A DNA stretch of 64,000 bases from Victivallis vadensis (GCA_945883775.1 CAMCYG010000004.1:1844-65843); one strand, 5' to 3'. Numbered from the stretch's first letter, positions 53,501 through 63,828 are shown. Made by a program: numbers and translations. Notes: generated by a model not told the origin, from the letters alone.

Positions 53501-55021
53501 ATGAGCAGGAAAAAGATTATATTGATTGAGCCGCCGTTTTACAGGCTATATAAGGAAAGCTATGCCCTTGAGATGTATCCGCTGTCGTTGGGTTACCTTG
53601 CCGCAACGGTCAAAAGGGACACGGATTGGGACGTGATGGTCTACAATTCTGACTTTGTCCCAGATGCGGAGATGGTCCAGTTGAGCTATGTTGCAGGACA
53701 GGGTTACGAGAACTACCTGAATAATCTGAAGAGTCAGGATTCGAAAGTATGGCAGGACGTCCGCACTGTGATAAAGGAATACAGTCCTGATGTCGTCGGT
53801 ATCACAGCGAAATCCCAGAACTTCGCCGCTGTAAGGATAGTGGCGCGTATAGTAAAGGAATGCTGTCCCGTTTCGATTGTTGTAGTCGGCGGGCCGCATC
53901 CTTCAATGGTTGGGCCTGATGTCCTGAAATGCCCTGACATCGATGTCGGCGCAGTCGGAGAAGGTGAAAAAACACTGGTCGAACTTCTTGAACGGATATC
54001 TTCAGGCTTCGGCCTTGACGGTGTTGCAGGGATATCTTTCAGAAAGTCCGGCGCAGTTGTAACAAACCCGCCTCGCGGATTGATAGAAGACCTTGATTCT
54101 CTGCCTTATCCGCACCAATACGCAAAGTATGTGCTTAAAGACTATGACAAATATCCTGCCGCGGCTTTTAAGGGAGTGTTCGCTATACGAGGCTGTCCTT
54201 ATGCCTGTTCGTTCTGCGGATCAAGATATATCTGGAGCCGGAGTGTCAGGTTCCGCAGTCCCGAGAACGTGGCGCGTGAAGTCCAGTCGCTCAGGGAGAT
54301 GGGCCTGAATATCATACGCTTCGATGACGACACTTTCGGAGTTTCTAAAGATTACATCAAGTTACTGTGCGCTGAGTTGAAGAAACGCTGTCCTGGTCTT
54401 ACATGGAATTGCGAGCTTCACGCAAAGATGGTCAACAGTGATATTCTTGCGGTGATGAAAGACGCGGGCTGCTATCAGATACAGATAGGGATAGAATCAG
54501 GGGATGACGGTATGTTGAAGAAGATAGGGAAGAACATAACCATCGCTGAGGCTGTTGCCGCTAATGATCTCATCAGGTCGTTCGGGATGGAATGCCATTC
54601 TTTCTTCATGGTCGGTTTCCCTGATGAGACGGTGGAGACCCTTGCCAACACAAGGAAAGCCATTGAAAGCATACAGAGCGACGGCCTGATATACAGTGTT
54701 TTCACTCCTTACCCCGGGACGGATCTGTTTGAGGTATGCCGCCAGCAGGGCTCTGTCGGACCGGAATATGACGTTGCGCTTTACAACCACCAGAGTCCGG
54801 CAAACCATTTCTGCCCTAACATACCGCGGGATGACTTCAGGGCTATGTATGCTGAAATCGCGAAGATTGTCCAGCGTAAGAACAATACCTCTAAACTCCG
54901 GAGGATATACTCGGCGGCTGAGTGGAGGCGGCTCAAGGATATCGGCTTCCGCAGGTCAGGGCGAAAACTTGTTTCTTTTGTCCGCGGTTATCTTGGCGAT
55001 ATGTTCGATCGGTGCAGATAA
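53501..55021 (+). CDS. B12-binding-domain radical SAM protein
   Basis: PDVVGITAKSQNFAAVRIVARIVKECCPVSIVVVGGPHPS (B12-binding-like) and CPYACSFC radical SAM motif. 506 aa. Confidence 0.85.
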   Translation: MSRKKIILIEPPFYRLYKESYALEMYPLSLGYLAATVKRDTDWDVMVYNSDFVPDAEMVQLSYVAGQGYENYLNNLKSQDSKVWQDVRTVIKEYSPDVVGITAKSQNFAAVRIVARIVKECCPVSIVVVGGPHPSMVGPDVLKCPDIDVGAVGEGEKTLVELLERISSGFGLDGVAGISFRKSGAVVTNPPRGLIEDLDSLPYPHQYAKYVLKDYDKYPAAAFKGVFAIRGCPYACSFCGSRYIWSRSVRFRSPENVAREVQSLREMGLNIIRFDDDTFGVSKDYIKLLCAELKKRCPGLTWNCELHAKMVNSDILAVMKDAGCYQIQIGIESGDDGMLKKIGKNITIAEAVAANDLIRSFGMECHSFFMVGFPDETVETLANTRKAIESIQSDGLIYSVFTPYPGTDLFEVCRQQGSVGPEYDVALYNHQSPANHFCPNIPRDDFRAMYAEIAKIVQRKNNTSKLRRIYSAAEWRRLKDIGFRRSGRKLVSFVRGYLGDMFDRCR

Positions 55022-55022
55022 T

Positions 55023-55793
55023 TCAGCGGCTCACTGATTCAGCTTTTCTTCCGGTATATATGCACTGATAACATGTCTCTGACTTGATGAACATGTCCTC
55101 TATAAGGGTTGTAAACCAGTAGGGCATGACGGCCATTACAAACCTTATGGCCCTGATCAGGGTCTTTGCAGGATAATCCCTGTTGTCGGAATAAAGGATC
55201 CTGTCGCATCTGCCTGTCTGGATAAGTGAAAGTGTGGACAGCCCTGCGGCTTCAGCTTTCCTTTGAAGGTCTTCAGGGCTGTATTTCCTGCAATGATGCG
55301 GGTCTGTAACGAATTCGTTGATGGGCACATTTATCAGCAGTATTCCGCCGGGTTTGAGCGACTCTACGAGCATGGCAATTACCATCAGATCGTCTTCGCA
55401 GTGTTCCATCACATGTGAACACACCGCGAAATCGAATCCGCCCGGCTCTATCCTGCCGTTATTAATATTTACGATTTTGAAAGACTTTCTGCCGAACGTC
55501 TTTCCGACGATCCTGGTCGCTTCCTGTGATAACTCGTAGCCGTATAAGGATATATTGCCGGGTATCATGCTCAGCAACGATCCCCACCCGAATCCGTAGT
55601 CCAGTAAACTGGCATCTCTCCCCGGTGTTGAAATCTTGTCGAAATACTGGCAGAGAACTCTCAGATTCGGCCTTGCTTTGAGCTTCTGGTCGAAAGAACA
55701 GAACCTGTGCAGCTTAAATGCTAAAGGGCTGGAATGCGCATAGAGCCTGTCATAATAGGCTTTGTTTATGACTGATATTCCGGTTGTCTTCAT
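55023..55793 (-). CDS. class I SAM-dependent methyltransferase
   Basis: LLDYGFGWGSLL (motif I), FDFAVCSHVMEH and LKPGGILLI. Convergent with the radical SAM gene, 1-nt gap. Confidence 0.7.
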   Translation of the reverse strand: MKTTGISVINKAYYDRLYAHSSPLAFKLHRFCSFDQKLKARPNLRVLCQYFDKISTPGRDASLLDYGFGWGSLLSMIPGNISLYGYELSQEATRIVGKTFGRKSFKIVNINNGRIEPGGFDFAVCSHVMEHCEDDLMVIAMLVESLKPGGILLINVPINEFVTDPHHCRKYSPEDLQRKAEAAGLSTLSLIQTGRCDRILYSDNRDYPAKTLIRAIRFVMAVMPYWFTTLIEDMFIKSETCYQCIYTGRKAESVSR

Positions 55794-56893
55794 TTTGTTG
55801 CCAACTTACTGTAGACGTTAACAAGTGATTCTACGTGCCGGTCCCAGCTAAATCGCATGATGTTAGTCATGCCCTTGTTGCGTAATTCTGCCTGCAGTGA
55901 CTGGTCTTTGGCAAGAATTGATATTTTGTCTGCAATATCATCTGCTGATTCTGGATCGCAATACAGAGCTGCATTGCCCCCCACTTCTGGCAATGATGAT
56001 ATTTTGGAAGTAATGCATGGGAGTCCGCATGCTTGCGCTTCGATGACCGGCAATCCAAAGCCTTCGTAAAGTGATGGGAAGACAAGCATATGGCAGGAGT
56101 TATAAAGCTCCAGTACATCCTGTTTGGATACATATCCCAGATTAATGATAAGATCCTGGTCTGGTTCTTTGCCGATTGCAATCCTTTGATAGTCTTTGTC
56201 AAGTGCTGCTCCAGCCTTTATGACAGTTACTGGTAACCCGACGGCTCTCAGCCTGTCAACTGAGGATAAAAGTCGTGCGAGGTTCTTTTGAATTACATTA
56301 TGTCCCAGAGAAAGCAGCAGTATCCGATCAGTGCGCATCTTTCGAACGGCAGAAGCAGCAGGCCCATAGTTGTGACCATCCGTAAGTATCCTAAAGAAGG
56401 GGTCCCTGCCATTGTGGTTTACGATGATCTTATCACTGGGTACGCCGCCGAATAGCTGGAGATCCTTTGCTGTGCACTCTGAAACCGCCATAACAGCATT
56501 TGCTTTTTTCGCGTAAGCTACCCTTCTGAACCAACGTTCGCGCTGCCTGGGTGAGATATCGGAGAACCTGAATAGTATAAGGTCGTGGCATGTAACGACG
56601 GATCTTAAAGGCTTGAATCGGATTAGAGGTGCATAATACTGGTCTGTGACATGAAGAATTGAGTCTGGGGGTGAGTTGCTGATCGTCCTCTTGACTGTCA
56701 GCGGATAGAATATATGGCGAACCAAGGCCCTTATCCATTTGTTATTGATGCTGCCGAGCAACGGGTTACATATCCTCAGGTTTATATTGCTGTGGGCTTT
56801 TAGTCTCTCTATGACGTTACTGTTGCAGGCGGATACAGATATCCATCCGTCCGACTGCAGACAGGGCGCCATAATTATGTTAATAGGGCTCAT
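55790..56893 (-). CDS. glycosyltransferase family 4
   Basis: C-terminal FPSLYEGFGLPVIEAQACGLPCITS (GT4 E-x7-E). 4-nt overlaps on both sides. Confidence 0.8.
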   Translation of the reverse strand: MSPINIIMAPCLQSDGWISVSACNSNVIERLKAHSNINLRICNPLLGSINNKWIRALVRHIFYPLTVKRTISNSPPDSILHVTDQYYAPLIRFKPLRSVVTCHDLILFRFSDISPRQRERWFRRVAYAKKANAVMAVSECTAKDLQLFGGVPSDKIIVNHNGRDPFFRILTDGHNYGPAASAVRKMRTDRILLLSLGHNVIQKNLARLLSSVDRLRAVGLPVTVIKAGAALDKDYQRIAIGKEPDQDLIINLGYVSKQDVLELYNSCHMLVFPSLYEGFGLPVIEAQACGLPCITSKISSLPEVGGNAALYCDPESADDIADKISILAKDQSLQAELRNKGMTNIMRFSWDRHVESLVNVYSKLATK

Positions 56894-58035
56894 CCAGTTT
56901 GGTGTCCAAGTCTGTTGTAAACGCCAATTACCTCATCGACCATTCTCTGCTTGTTGAACCGGAATGAAAGGGACAAGGCGCTTTCAGCAATTGCGTTCCT
57001 CCGCTTGGCGTCTCTGCTCAGTTCCAGCATTGCGCGGGAAAGGGCGGTTGCATTTCCTGGCTCTACAAGCACAGCCCCTTCTGATTCGCATGTCATTTCG
57101 GGGATTCCACCGGTTTTGCTAGCAATTATGGCCTTTCCAAGGCTCATCGCATGAATTATCACAGTTGGGAAAGGGTCTGGCCGGGTGGGTGTGTGTACGA
57201 ATATGTCCACAGACTTGATAATCTCAACAGCTTTCTCCGTCCAGCCTGTAAAGACGACTTTATCTTCTGGTATAAGCTGTCTGCACATCTGCTTGAGGGT
57301 GTTCTCGTGCTTTCGCTCCTCTGGGTGATTCCTTGCCCCGCCTCCGATAAGCAGTTTAGCATGTGGAAACTCTTTTAAGACTTCAGGAAAGGCTTGGATC
57401 AATGTATCCTGTCCTTTCCATGGTGTCATCGCGGAGATTGAGCCAATCAGCAGATCTTCCTCGTTTATGCCGTAACTTGGTCTCACATCTTTGCAGTTAA
57501 TGTTGTGGTAAATGGAGAGATCAACACCGTTATATATGCGTGTTGTGTCTGGTTGGCTGTGTTCAGAGCAAACAACATCCTTTACGGCATCAGATACCGG
57601 AATGGTGGCTGATGAAACGATTGAGAGATATATGCTTTTGAGGCACGATAAATACGGGCTGTCGACTATATCGTGTACATGGACGATTAGTGGTCTTCTT
57701 GTCATGATAGCCGCTAGGCCGGCATGGTAAGCCAGCCGGGGTGAGTTGACGTGAATGACGTCAGCGCGCAGTTGTTTAGTAATTCCGGATAAACTTAGAT
57801 TATTTAGAAATACATTTCTTGACTGTTCTGCGGCGTTACGGGTTGTGTGGGTTGGAATTGTGGGAACCAGTTTATACGGGATCCCGGCGGTTGTGCATTT
57901 GTCGGTAAGCCAGCCGGTAGACGGAACTATCAAGAATGGATTATGTCCTTTTCCAATGATGCCGGTCATTACGTGCAGAAGAATCTCTTCTGCGCCGCCA
58001 TGAATTGATGTCTGGTTAATGTATAATATTCTCAT
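56890..58035 (-). CDS. glycosyltransferase family 4
   Basis: MRILYINQTSIHGGAEE and the C-terminal FPTVIIHAMSLGKAIIASKTGGIPE. Confidence 0.8.
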   Translation of the reverse strand: MRILYINQTSIHGGAEEILLHVMTGIIGKGHNPFLIVPSTGWLTDKCTTAGIPYKLVPTIPTHTTRNAAEQSRNVFLNNLSLSGITKQLRADVIHVNSPRLAYHAGLAAIMTRRPLIVHVHDIVDSPYLSCLKSIYLSIVSSATIPVSDAVKDVVCSEHSQPDTTRIYNGVDLSIYHNINCKDVRPSYGINEEDLLIGSISAMTPWKGQDTLIQAFPEVLKEFPHAKLLIGGGARNHPEERKHENTLKQMCRQLIPEDKVVFTGWTEKAVEIIKSVDIFVHTPTRPDPFPTVIIHAMSLGKAIIASKTGGIPEMTCESEGAVLVEPGNATALSRAMLELSRDAKRRNAIAESALSLSFRFNKQRMVDEVIGVYNRLGHQTG

Positions 58036-59504
58036 TGAATTATCTGCGCAGCGTCTTCCTGCGGTTTATCTTTTGAGTTTAACAGGAGCTCAAGAAGGCC
58101 GCCGTAAAAGAATAGAGTCGGAAATGAGACGGGAACATCACCATAAATTGCAACATAATTGAAGCTCAGAACGGCGAACATGATATACAAGGCAGAATGA
58201 ATCCTTTGCTCTTCAGCATTCTGCCATTGAGAATGAGCGACCCTCCAGTGTCTTATCAGTATCCCGAAGATAAAAGCAACTCCTGCTGCCAGACCGGGCA
58301 ATCCCATGCAAATCAGCAAACTCAAAATGCCCTGATGGTATGCTCCGGAGAAAAGAGCCCATTGTATGTTGTCAGACTGTGACACTCTGGACCCTCTCAT
58401 TATTGAAATGAACGTTTCAGCGTCATAGGAGAATCCTTTCCCGATGATGACGTATTCCGGGATATCCTTGATGGCTGCTTTCCAGACCTGAACTCGCCAG
58501 TCTGATGTTGCCCTTGCGTCGTCTGTCATTCGATGGCTGATCCCTGTTCCCGGAACAAAAGATAACGCTCTCTGGGCGTTAAGGGGGAGAAGATGAGCCG
58601 AGAACGCCAGCAGCATCCAGCAAAAACCCAAGGCTGCCGAAGACTTGATCATATATGTGAGCTTGTTGCTGGCTTTGAAGAAAAAGAATGACCACGTAAA
58701 CAAGAGAATGGTTATAATAAGAAGTCTATGTCCGGTAAGCGCAGCGAATATGAGGCTCAGGGTGATGAAGGCTAAATGTGCTAAAAAAGACCTGGAAGAA
58801 AACGGTAATAGTGCAAATGGCAGCAGGAATACGCTGTATGCCGGCATGAATCCCTTGAATCGATATGAAAAGTCCAGATTATTACGGACTTCTTCGAACG
58901 ATATCGACGACGCCTGAGGATTGATGAATATGGCGTTGAGAAATGGTCTTGCAGACCCAGTCAACATCCCTGTTATTTCAGCAATAGCCGGCAGGATGGA
59001 AAATATACACATCATTGAAATAGCCGTGCGCCACTGGATTAGTGTGAGCCGCAATGACATGGATGCGATGAAGAATAGGGCACACGGAATCAGCACAAGG
59101 TACATTCCGCCGCCCCAGGTCGAGCCTCCTGTGCTTTGAAAACCAAAGCCGCGATAGTACATTAGAAATCCAAGAATGCCCACAAATACCGTAACGCAGA
59201 TGTTAAGGAATGTCATCCGCCATGGCCGCCGACCGGTAAAGATGTGCAACAGGCATGAAATAAAAGTCATCCCCATGAAAAGTTCATACATCTGCCTAAC
59301 GCCAGGCGCGAAAGGGATCTTTATCCAGCTGCAAAAAAAGGCGATAGACAGCACCGCCATAACACCAGGATTTGATAATGACATTAATCCCAGCGGCAGA
59401 AGAACGGTTAGTGCCAGACCTAGCATGTTTCCCGTAAACAGGAAGTTCAGCCCTGCAGCAAGGGAAACTATTATAAGGATTATGTTTTTTGTGGTCTGGG
59501 GCAT
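58032..59504 (-). CDS. O-antigen polymerase/ligase (Wzy-like) family membrane protein
   Basis: Start trimmed to 59504 (ATG 6 nt after AAGGAA; MPQTTKNIILIIVSLAAG). Polytopic, about 10-12 TM, with a large loop. The track ORF upstream extension is Arg-rich and non-membrane, and overlaps the flippase gene. Confidence 0.6.
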   Translation of the reverse strand: MPQTTKNIILIIVSLAAGLNFLFTGNMLGLALTVLLPLGLMSLSNPGVMAVLSIAFFCSWIKIPFAPGVRQMYELFMGMTFISCLLHIFTGRRPWRMTFLNICVTVFVGILGFLMYYRGFGFQSTGGSTWGGGMYLVLIPCALFFIASMSLRLTLIQWRTAISMMCIFSILPAIAEITGMLTGSARPFLNAIFINPQASSISFEEVRNNLDFSYRFKGFMPAYSVFLLPFALLPFSSRSFLAHLAFITLSLIFAALTGHRLLIITILLFTWSFFFFKASNKLTYMIKSSAALGFCWMLLAFSAHLLPLNAQRALSFVPGTGISHRMTDDARATSDWRVQVWKAAIKDIPEYVIIGKGFSYDAETFISIMRGSRVSQSDNIQWALFSGAYHQGILSLLICMGLPGLAAGVAFIFGILIRHWRVAHSQWQNAEEQRIHSALYIMFAVLSFNYVAIYGDVPVSFPTLFFYGGLLELLLNSKDKPQEDAAQIIQ

Positions 59505-60802
59505 TTCGGTTCCTTGTTGCCTGAAGATGTCATAAATAGGGTTCTGACTCCAAGATATATCATTATGTTGAGAAGGTGAATCGAAAAAGCGATAACATTC
59601 GCAAGGGCTACTCCATACGATCCTGACATCCGAAAGACCCACGAGAAGCAGATAAGAGCAGAAGCCCAAATAAGGTTTAGCCAGAACCAGGGCCATATCA
59701 GGGTCTGTAATACCATCGCCTGACCTGCGACGGTTATCACCGACAGCAGGCATCCGGAGATGAGCATGGCGGTCAGGCATTTGCTTCCGTGAGAGAATTC
59801 CTGGCCGTACCAGCTCATCACGGTCTCTGAAAAGATTATCATCGGTGCGGCAGTTGCGACAGAGAACACTATGTTCAGCCCGAGATTTGCTGCATATATC
59901 TTCATAGTGTCGGAGTCTTTCATCAGCTTGCTTCGGTTTGCAAGCACGGATACGAATACCATCGATACTACCCCTGGAAGATAGACGACAAGATTCCTCC
60001 ATTGGGATGCTATATTGTAAATGCCGACTTCAGGTACGCCGTCCGGCTGTCTCGAAAGCAGAGCGGTACATGTCCAGTTGGCCGGATAGACGATTATGGA
60101 GCTTAACAGGGCGGGCAGACTGTACTGAAGTATAAGAGACGGGCCTGTATGCGACTTAGGAGCAGTGGCCATCATACCGTGCGATACGCGCTGCAGGTGT
60201 ATTACACGGCAGTTCATCAGGTACAGGACTCCTGCGCTCAATGTGTTAGCGGCAATGACCCCGGTTATGCCGCAGTATGCCGCTGCCAGACCGGATGATA
60301 CCACCGATATCAGAGCGTAGATGAAGTTCACGGCGCTTGTCTGTCTGAATGCTTCAAATCCGGTAAGAACCCCGTTCTGTTCGGCCGTGACAATGCTCAG
60401 GAACATCCAGATCGATGATGCAGCCAGCAGTGAGTCGATATGCGGGGCTGCAAATACGCTTCCGGCCAGCTGCTTCGAGAACATGAATATCAAAAGCGCT
60501 GCGGCGGAGGCCGCGATAATCGCGAAACGCTGAGTGTCTCTAATGACCGCTGATGCCTGCGCAGGGTCAGATGTCCGGTGTTCGGCAATGTATCTTGCTG
60601 CAGCCGTGCCGAATCCGGCGCCAGAAATCGAGTAGAATGTGCCAATCGTTACGAGCACTATGGAGTATGATCCAAAATCGTCTTTGCCGACTATCCTAGA
60701 TACGATCATTCCGGTGATAAGCCCTGACATCCTCAAGGCAACAGATGAAAGGAGGTTCCAGGCGGAGCATCTTATAATCCTTGCAAGTACTTCGTTAAGC
60801 AT
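59480..60802 (-). CDS. polysaccharide (Wzx-type, MOP superfamily) flippase
   Basis: 440 aa, about 12 TM. The N-terminus NLLSSVALRMSGLITGMIVSRIVGKDDFG is typical of oligosaccharide flippases. Confidence 0.72.
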   Translation of the reverse strand: MLNEVLARIIRCSAWNLLSSVALRMSGLITGMIVSRIVGKDDFGSYSIVLVTIGTFYSISGAGFGTAAARYIAEHRTSDPAQASAVIRDTQRFAIIAASAAALLIFMFSKQLAGSVFAAPHIDSLLAASSIWMFLSIVTAEQNGVLTGFEAFRQTSAVNFIYALISVVSSGLAAAYCGITGVIAANTLSAGVLYLMNCRVIHLQRVSHGMMATAPKSHTGPSLILQYSLPALLSSIIVYPANWTCTALLSRQPDGVPEVGIYNIASQWRNLVVYLPGVVSMVFVSVLANRSKLMKDSDTMKIYAANLGLNIVFSVATAAPMIIFSETVMSWYGQEFSHGSKCLTAMLISGCLLSVITVAGQAMVLQTLIWPWFWLNLIWASALICFSWVFRMSGSYGVALANVIAFSIHLLNIMIYLGVRTLFMTSSGNKEPKCPRPQKT

Positions 60803-60806
60803 GTCT

Positions 60807-61757
60807 TTATCCTTTGCGGTATACTGCTGTCACATGTACGCCGGAATCAGTGCTTACTGCTGGCAGGCCGACCAGTGATGCAAGTACTGCGATGGACGTG
60901 GAACATTTCTTGAATAATGAGAAGTCAATGAGGGGCATCGGCCTGTTAAAAAGCTTGTATATCCTCGCTATTGCTCCTGATCGCCGGATGAATCTGATCT
61001 GACGGGGCGGAAGAGGCTCGTGCTGAAGTAGCAGCAATTGCAGGGGAAGCAGCTTGCCCATATTCCTCAAAACGGAATCAGGCCACCGGGTCACGTGGTG
61101 AGGTGGCATGTCCAGGGGAAAGTTAATAAGGGTTCCCATTATTGAGTCGCTGGATGGAAGTGCGATTATCAGTTTTCCGCCTGTCTTTATGCACCTGATG
61201 CAGTCTTCAAGGAACTGCCTCGGGTCTGTAATGTGTTCGAGGACCTGGAAAAGACATACAACATCATATGCTTCCGGATGGCTTATGGCATGGTTCTGGA
61301 TACTCTGCAGGATTATTCTCCCGTCGTTTGCGGCCTTCACTGCCTTGCTGCTTAGCTCTAGGCCGGTGTACTGATTGTTCTTGAGGAGTTTTGCAAAGTT
61401 TCCTGATCCGGCACCGACTTCGAGTACATTGTCGCCCTCTCTGATTTGTGCCAGAGCGACATGGTATTCGTGTTTTGATTCCATGTAGTATGAGTTATTG
61501 CGCTGGATACGGTCGTAGAATTCCGAATTGCCGGTGTCTGGCGGGTCGAAGCAGATAAGTCCGCAGGCGAGGCATTTTCTCAGGTATATTGTCCCTGCTG
61601 ACAGGAGCGATGACGGGTCGATGTCAAAATGTCTGCGGTAAAGTCTGCATATGTCCGAAGCCCTGAGTGACGTGACTTCCGCTGTATTGCTTGAGTGGCA
61701 AAGCAGGCATGATGTTACGGTGGAGTTGTATGTTTTGACGGTCATCCTGCCTGTCAT
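60807..61757 (-). CDS. class I SAM-dependent methyltransferase with N-terminal CxxC...CxxC knuckle
   Basis: CLLCHS...CLACGLICF at the N-terminus. VLEVGAGSGNFAKLL (motif I) and YDVVCLFQVLEH. Confidence 0.75.
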   Translation of the reverse strand: MTGRMTVKTYNSTVTSCLLCHSSNTAEVTSLRASDICRLYRRHFDIDPSSLLSAGTIYLRKCLACGLICFDPPDTGNSEFYDRIQRNNSYYMESKHEYHVALAQIREGDNVLEVGAGSGNFAKLLKNNQYTGLELSSKAVKAANDGRIILQSIQNHAISHPEAYDVVCLFQVLEHITDPRQFLEDCIRCIKTGGKLIIALPSSDSIMGTLINFPLDMPPHHVTRWPDSVLRNMGKLLPLQLLLLQHEPLPPRQIRFIRRSGAIARIYKLFNRPMPLIDFSLFKKCSTSIAVLASLVGLPAVSTDSGVHVTAVYRKG

Positions 61758-61780
61758 AATATCGCTCTGTCATGTTCTGG

Positions 61781-63103
61781 TCATGCCCTGATGACGTGAC
61801 TGCCTTCCTTGCATATCCCTCTGGTGTCCACTGTCAACTGTACGCCTTTGGCTATCTTGTCATGGTCAACGCATTCGTGGGCTGTAAGGATAATGGCGCA
61901 GTCGAAGTTCTTCCTGTTTATGTTCGAAAGCTTGGCGCTTTTGATCCCTGCCAGTTGCGAATGCTCCCTTGACGGTCTTACAACAGGGCAGTAGGGATCA
62001 TAGTAACTGACTTTTGCCCCGAGTTTGTTGAGTTTCTCCCAGATGATATATGTCGGGCTTTCCCTGTCATCGTCTACATTCTGTTTGTATGCCAGCCCGA
62101 CCAGAAGTATCCGAGTGCCTTTTATCGACTTTCCTCTTACGTTCAGGGCATCAGCAGTCATCCTGATGACATAGTCCGGCATGCTGGTGTTTATCTCGCC
62201 GGCAAGTTCTATGAACTTGGTGCCAATCCCGTATTCCTTGGCTTTCCATGTCAGATAGAAGGGGTCGATGGGTATGCAGTGACCGCCGAGTCCGGGGCCG
62301 GGATAGAATGGCATGTAGCCGAAAGGCTTTGTGCTGGCGGCCCGTATGACTTCCCATATGTCTATGCCCATGGCTGTGAATATCATCTTGAGTTCATTTA
62401 CCATGGCGATGTTTATTGACCGGAATATGTTCTCGACGAGCTTAGTGGCTTCTGCCGCTGCACAGCTGGATACCGGAACAGTCTTGACGACAACACTGCC
62501 GTAAAGGGCACATCCGACCTCCTGCGAGGCTTTGTCAATCCCGCCGACTACCTTAGGTATCGTTGCGGTCGAATACTTGGGGTTGCTTGGATCCTCGCGC
62601 TCAGGTGAAAAGCATACGAAGAAATCTCTTCCGGCCTTCAGCTTTGAGCCGCTTTCCAGGATCGGGATCATGACCTCTTCGGTCGTTCCCGGATATGTGG
62701 TCGACTCGAGCGATATCACCTGTCCCTTCTTGATATGCGGAGCAATTGCCTTTGATGTGTTTACGATGTAGCTCATGTCTGGGTCCCTGTGCTCAGTTAG
62801 CGGGGTGGGGACGCATATTATAACGGCTTTGCACTTGGATATCTTCCGGAAGTCCGTGGTGGCAGAGGCATGCGAATTATCAGCAATGGCTGACTTTACT
62901 GCTGAAGCTGGTATATGCCTGATGTATGATGCACCCTTATCCAGGTTGACAACCTTTTTCCTGTCGATATCCAGACCTATCACCGGAAAGCCTTTTTTTG
63001 CAAACTCGATGAGAAGCGGTAGGCCAACATACCCGAGTCCTACAACGCCCACGGTTGCTTTTCTGCTTTTGATAAGGGTCAATAATTGTTCCTTAATGTT
63101 CAT
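61781..63103 (-). CDS. nucleotide-sugar dehydrogenase (UDP-N-acetyl-hexosamine dehydrogenase-like)
   Basis: VGVVGLGYVGLPLLIEFAKKGFPVIGLDID, CVPTPL and the catalytic-Cys region GLGGHCIPIDP. 440 aa. Confidence 0.88.
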   Translation of the reverse strand: MNIKEQLLTLIKSRKATVGVVGLGYVGLPLLIEFAKKGFPVIGLDIDRKKVVNLDKGASYIRHIPASAVKSAIADNSHASATTDFRKISKCKAVIICVPTPLTEHRDPDMSYIVNTSKAIAPHIKKGQVISLESTTYPGTTEEVMIPILESGSKLKAGRDFFVCFSPEREDPSNPKYSTATIPKVVGGIDKASQEVGCALYGSVVVKTVPVSSCAAAEATKLVENIFRSINIAMVNELKMIFTAMGIDIWEVIRAASTKPFGYMPFYPGPGLGGHCIPIDPFYLTWKAKEYGIGTKFIELAGEINTSMPDYVIRMTADALNVRGKSIKGTRILLVGLAYKQNVDDDRESPTYIIWEKLNKLGAKVSYYDPYCPVVRPSREHSQLAGIKSAKLSNINRKNFDCAIILTAHECVDHDKIAKGVQLTVDTRGICKEGSHVIRA

Positions 63104-63171
63104 ATATAATCTCCAGTATATCTTTGTTAACGATGCCCGAGAAAGATATCACACGTGCGGAGGTATTGCAA

Positions 63172-63828
63172 TTATTTGAATTGCTGCAGGATCACGGTTC
63201 CGTCGTTGCTTATCACGGCGAAATGAGCCGGCATTTCGAGCCACGACCCTGTATTGATGAACCTTATGCCGTCAATCGTCACATCTTCGCAGAAATGCGT
63301 ATGGCCGCAGATCATAATCCTGAATCCGTTCTTTTTTGCGAATGATACGGCGTTGGATTTAACGTGGTTTCTCAGCAACGTGTACAGGAACTTAAATCGC
63401 TTCGCAAAAGCTGAAACATGCATCGATTCAGCCTTGAACAGGTGCAGGAACCAGTGTGAGAACATGAATATCCATACAAAAGGCCTGTTCATTCTCATCA
63501 TAATGTCAAAAGTGTGCCCGTGCGATACCATGACATCCCCGATAGAAAGAAACGGCATGAATATTATTGAGCCGTAATTGTCCGGTCTGTGCTTTTTGTC
63601 GTGATTGCCATCAATCCAGATGATTTTTGTCCTGACGGAGAGGGCTATCAATTCCTTGATAACGGATTCTTCCTTATCACCGTAGAATTTCCTGCGCCTG
63701 TTGAGAGTGTCGCCGTTTAAGACAAGGGTACAGTCCTGCAATGGTAATGTTCTGAGGAACTTGAGAAATAAGTCCGTCTCGCTGTGTCGTGAGCCCAGAT
63801 GGATGTCGCTGGTTATGTAATAAACCAT
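63172..63828 (-). CDS. calcineurin-like metallophosphoesterase (LpxH-like)
   Basis: SDIHLG, NGDTL, DGNHD, SHGH and CGHTH metal-ligand motifs in order. 218 aa. Confidence 0.7.
   Translation of the reverse strand: MVYYITSDIHLGSRHSETDLFLKFLRTLPLQDCTLVLNGDTLNRRRKFYGDKEESVIKELIALSVRTKIIWIDGNHDKKHRPDNYGSIIFMPFLSIGDVMVSHGHTFDIMMRMNRPFVWIFMFSHWFLHLFKAESMHVSAFAKRFKFLYTLLRNHVKSNAVSFAKKNGFRIMICGHTHFCEDVTIDGIRFINTGSWLEMPAHFAVISNDGTVILQQFK

Noticed and set aside
59505-60002. 166-codon upstream extension of the Wzy-like ORF
   Set aside because: The Arg-rich, non-membrane translation lies entirely inside the Wzx flippase gene in another frame. An ATG with an AAGGAA SD at 59504 starts the hydrophobic protein.
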